DNA of 63,136 nt, filler included, from Octopus bimaculoides (Eukaryota): NCBI RefSeq assembly GCF_001194135.2. It is 5 parts of 5 records of this genome, joined end to end, with 100 filler letters (N's around TTAATTAATTAA, not from the genome) between each part and the next. Parts side by side here need not be neighbours in the genome. Positions count along the whole stretch, not along the records: positions 56,729 to 63,136 come from NC_068988.1; 4 more parts are not named here. One strand, 5' to 3'. The notes under the pieces were generated by a model that was not told the origin of the DNA, searched no databases, and saw only the letters and a program-made list of their open reading frames with translations. A program made the translations under genes and the position numbers. Positions 62,297-63,136 of this stretch are shown in pieces (the stretch's first letter is position 1; each line of letters opens with the position of its first letter).

Positions 62297-63136
62297 AATA
62301 CATATAATATATATATGCAAATTCACACACACGCACGTGCGTATATATATATGTGTGTGTGTATATATATATCATATGTATTTGCATATATATATATATG
62401 TGTATATACATATATACACAACAGATGCTTACGTTATACATAGCGTATCTATTTCGTATTATTTCTTACATTATGCATTTATGCGTGTATGCGTGCGTGT
62501 ATATGTGTGCATACCTCATATATGTTTGCGTGTGTGTGTGTGTGTGCGTGTATGTATGTGCATATATATATATATATATGTATAAACATACATACAAACA
62601 CATGCATAAAGAGAGTGATACGTATGCATATACATAATCACATATAGATATGTATATACGCACATACATATATATATACATTTATAAGTTAATTTTCATA
62701 TGTATACTATACATACATATACATGAAAAACATATTCATGTATACACACACTCATATATGTATAAATGCGTGTGTCTGTGTGTGTGTGAGTGTGTGTATT
62801 GGTATGTTGTTTCTTATGCAAAAATGTATGTATATGTGTGCTTTCGTTAGTGTATATATGTGTGTAACATCGTGTGTGTGTGTATACGTGTATGTATAGG
62901 TGAGGCTGTACATATATAATGAGAGTGTGTGTATCTGTGCTTGCGTGCACGCGCCCGCACGCGTGTGTGTGCATGTGTGTATTTTCATTTTGTATGTAAT
63001 GCAGTTTCGTCTTGTCTATATATTTCTTAATTATTCTCGCCTCTATAGTTCGTGATATAGATTCTATTAATCCTTTAATCCATCAATCTATTGATTGCTT
63101 CAGTCAATGAAGATAAACAATACAACACTTGGAATA

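Overview
Eukaryotic, AT-rich and saturated with microsatellites and transposons. The SINE families and repeat landscape look like a coleoid cephalopod, most likely Octopus; this is from my recognition of the repeats, not a database hit. The window is not one continuous locus. Four exact 100-nt spacers (44 N + TTAATTAATTAA + 44 N) join five separate scaffolds: 1-13139, 13240-26438, 26539-49865, 49966-56628 and 56729-63136. I see no intact protein-coding gene; nearly all ORFs in the track are microsatellite, low-complexity or N-gap artefacts. Recognisable coding remnants are all dead mobile elements: (1) a TSD-flanked 1.7-kb L1/Tx1-like element with ORF1 but no EN/RT; (2) two R4/Dong-type RLE LINE 3' fragments in (TACA)n; (3) a 4.4-kb Helitron with both termini, a Rep-helicase with a large internal deletion and a second diverged RepHel N-terminus; (4) a full-length 1,228-bp mariner with a disrupted transposase; (5) a CR1-like LINE piece. 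There are dozens of tRNA-derived SINE copies, Penelope-like terminal fragments with three hammerhead-ribozyme-like motifs, several fold-back/MITE palindromes and a few weak host-exon candidates. The most unusual feature is a composite satellite block at 52090-56628: a TTCCTGGAA/GGAAAGTTCC-rich repeat, a ~2.5-kb (CGAA)n tract bracketed by an inverted motif, and a 62-bp tandem array in which each unit is a stem-loop.
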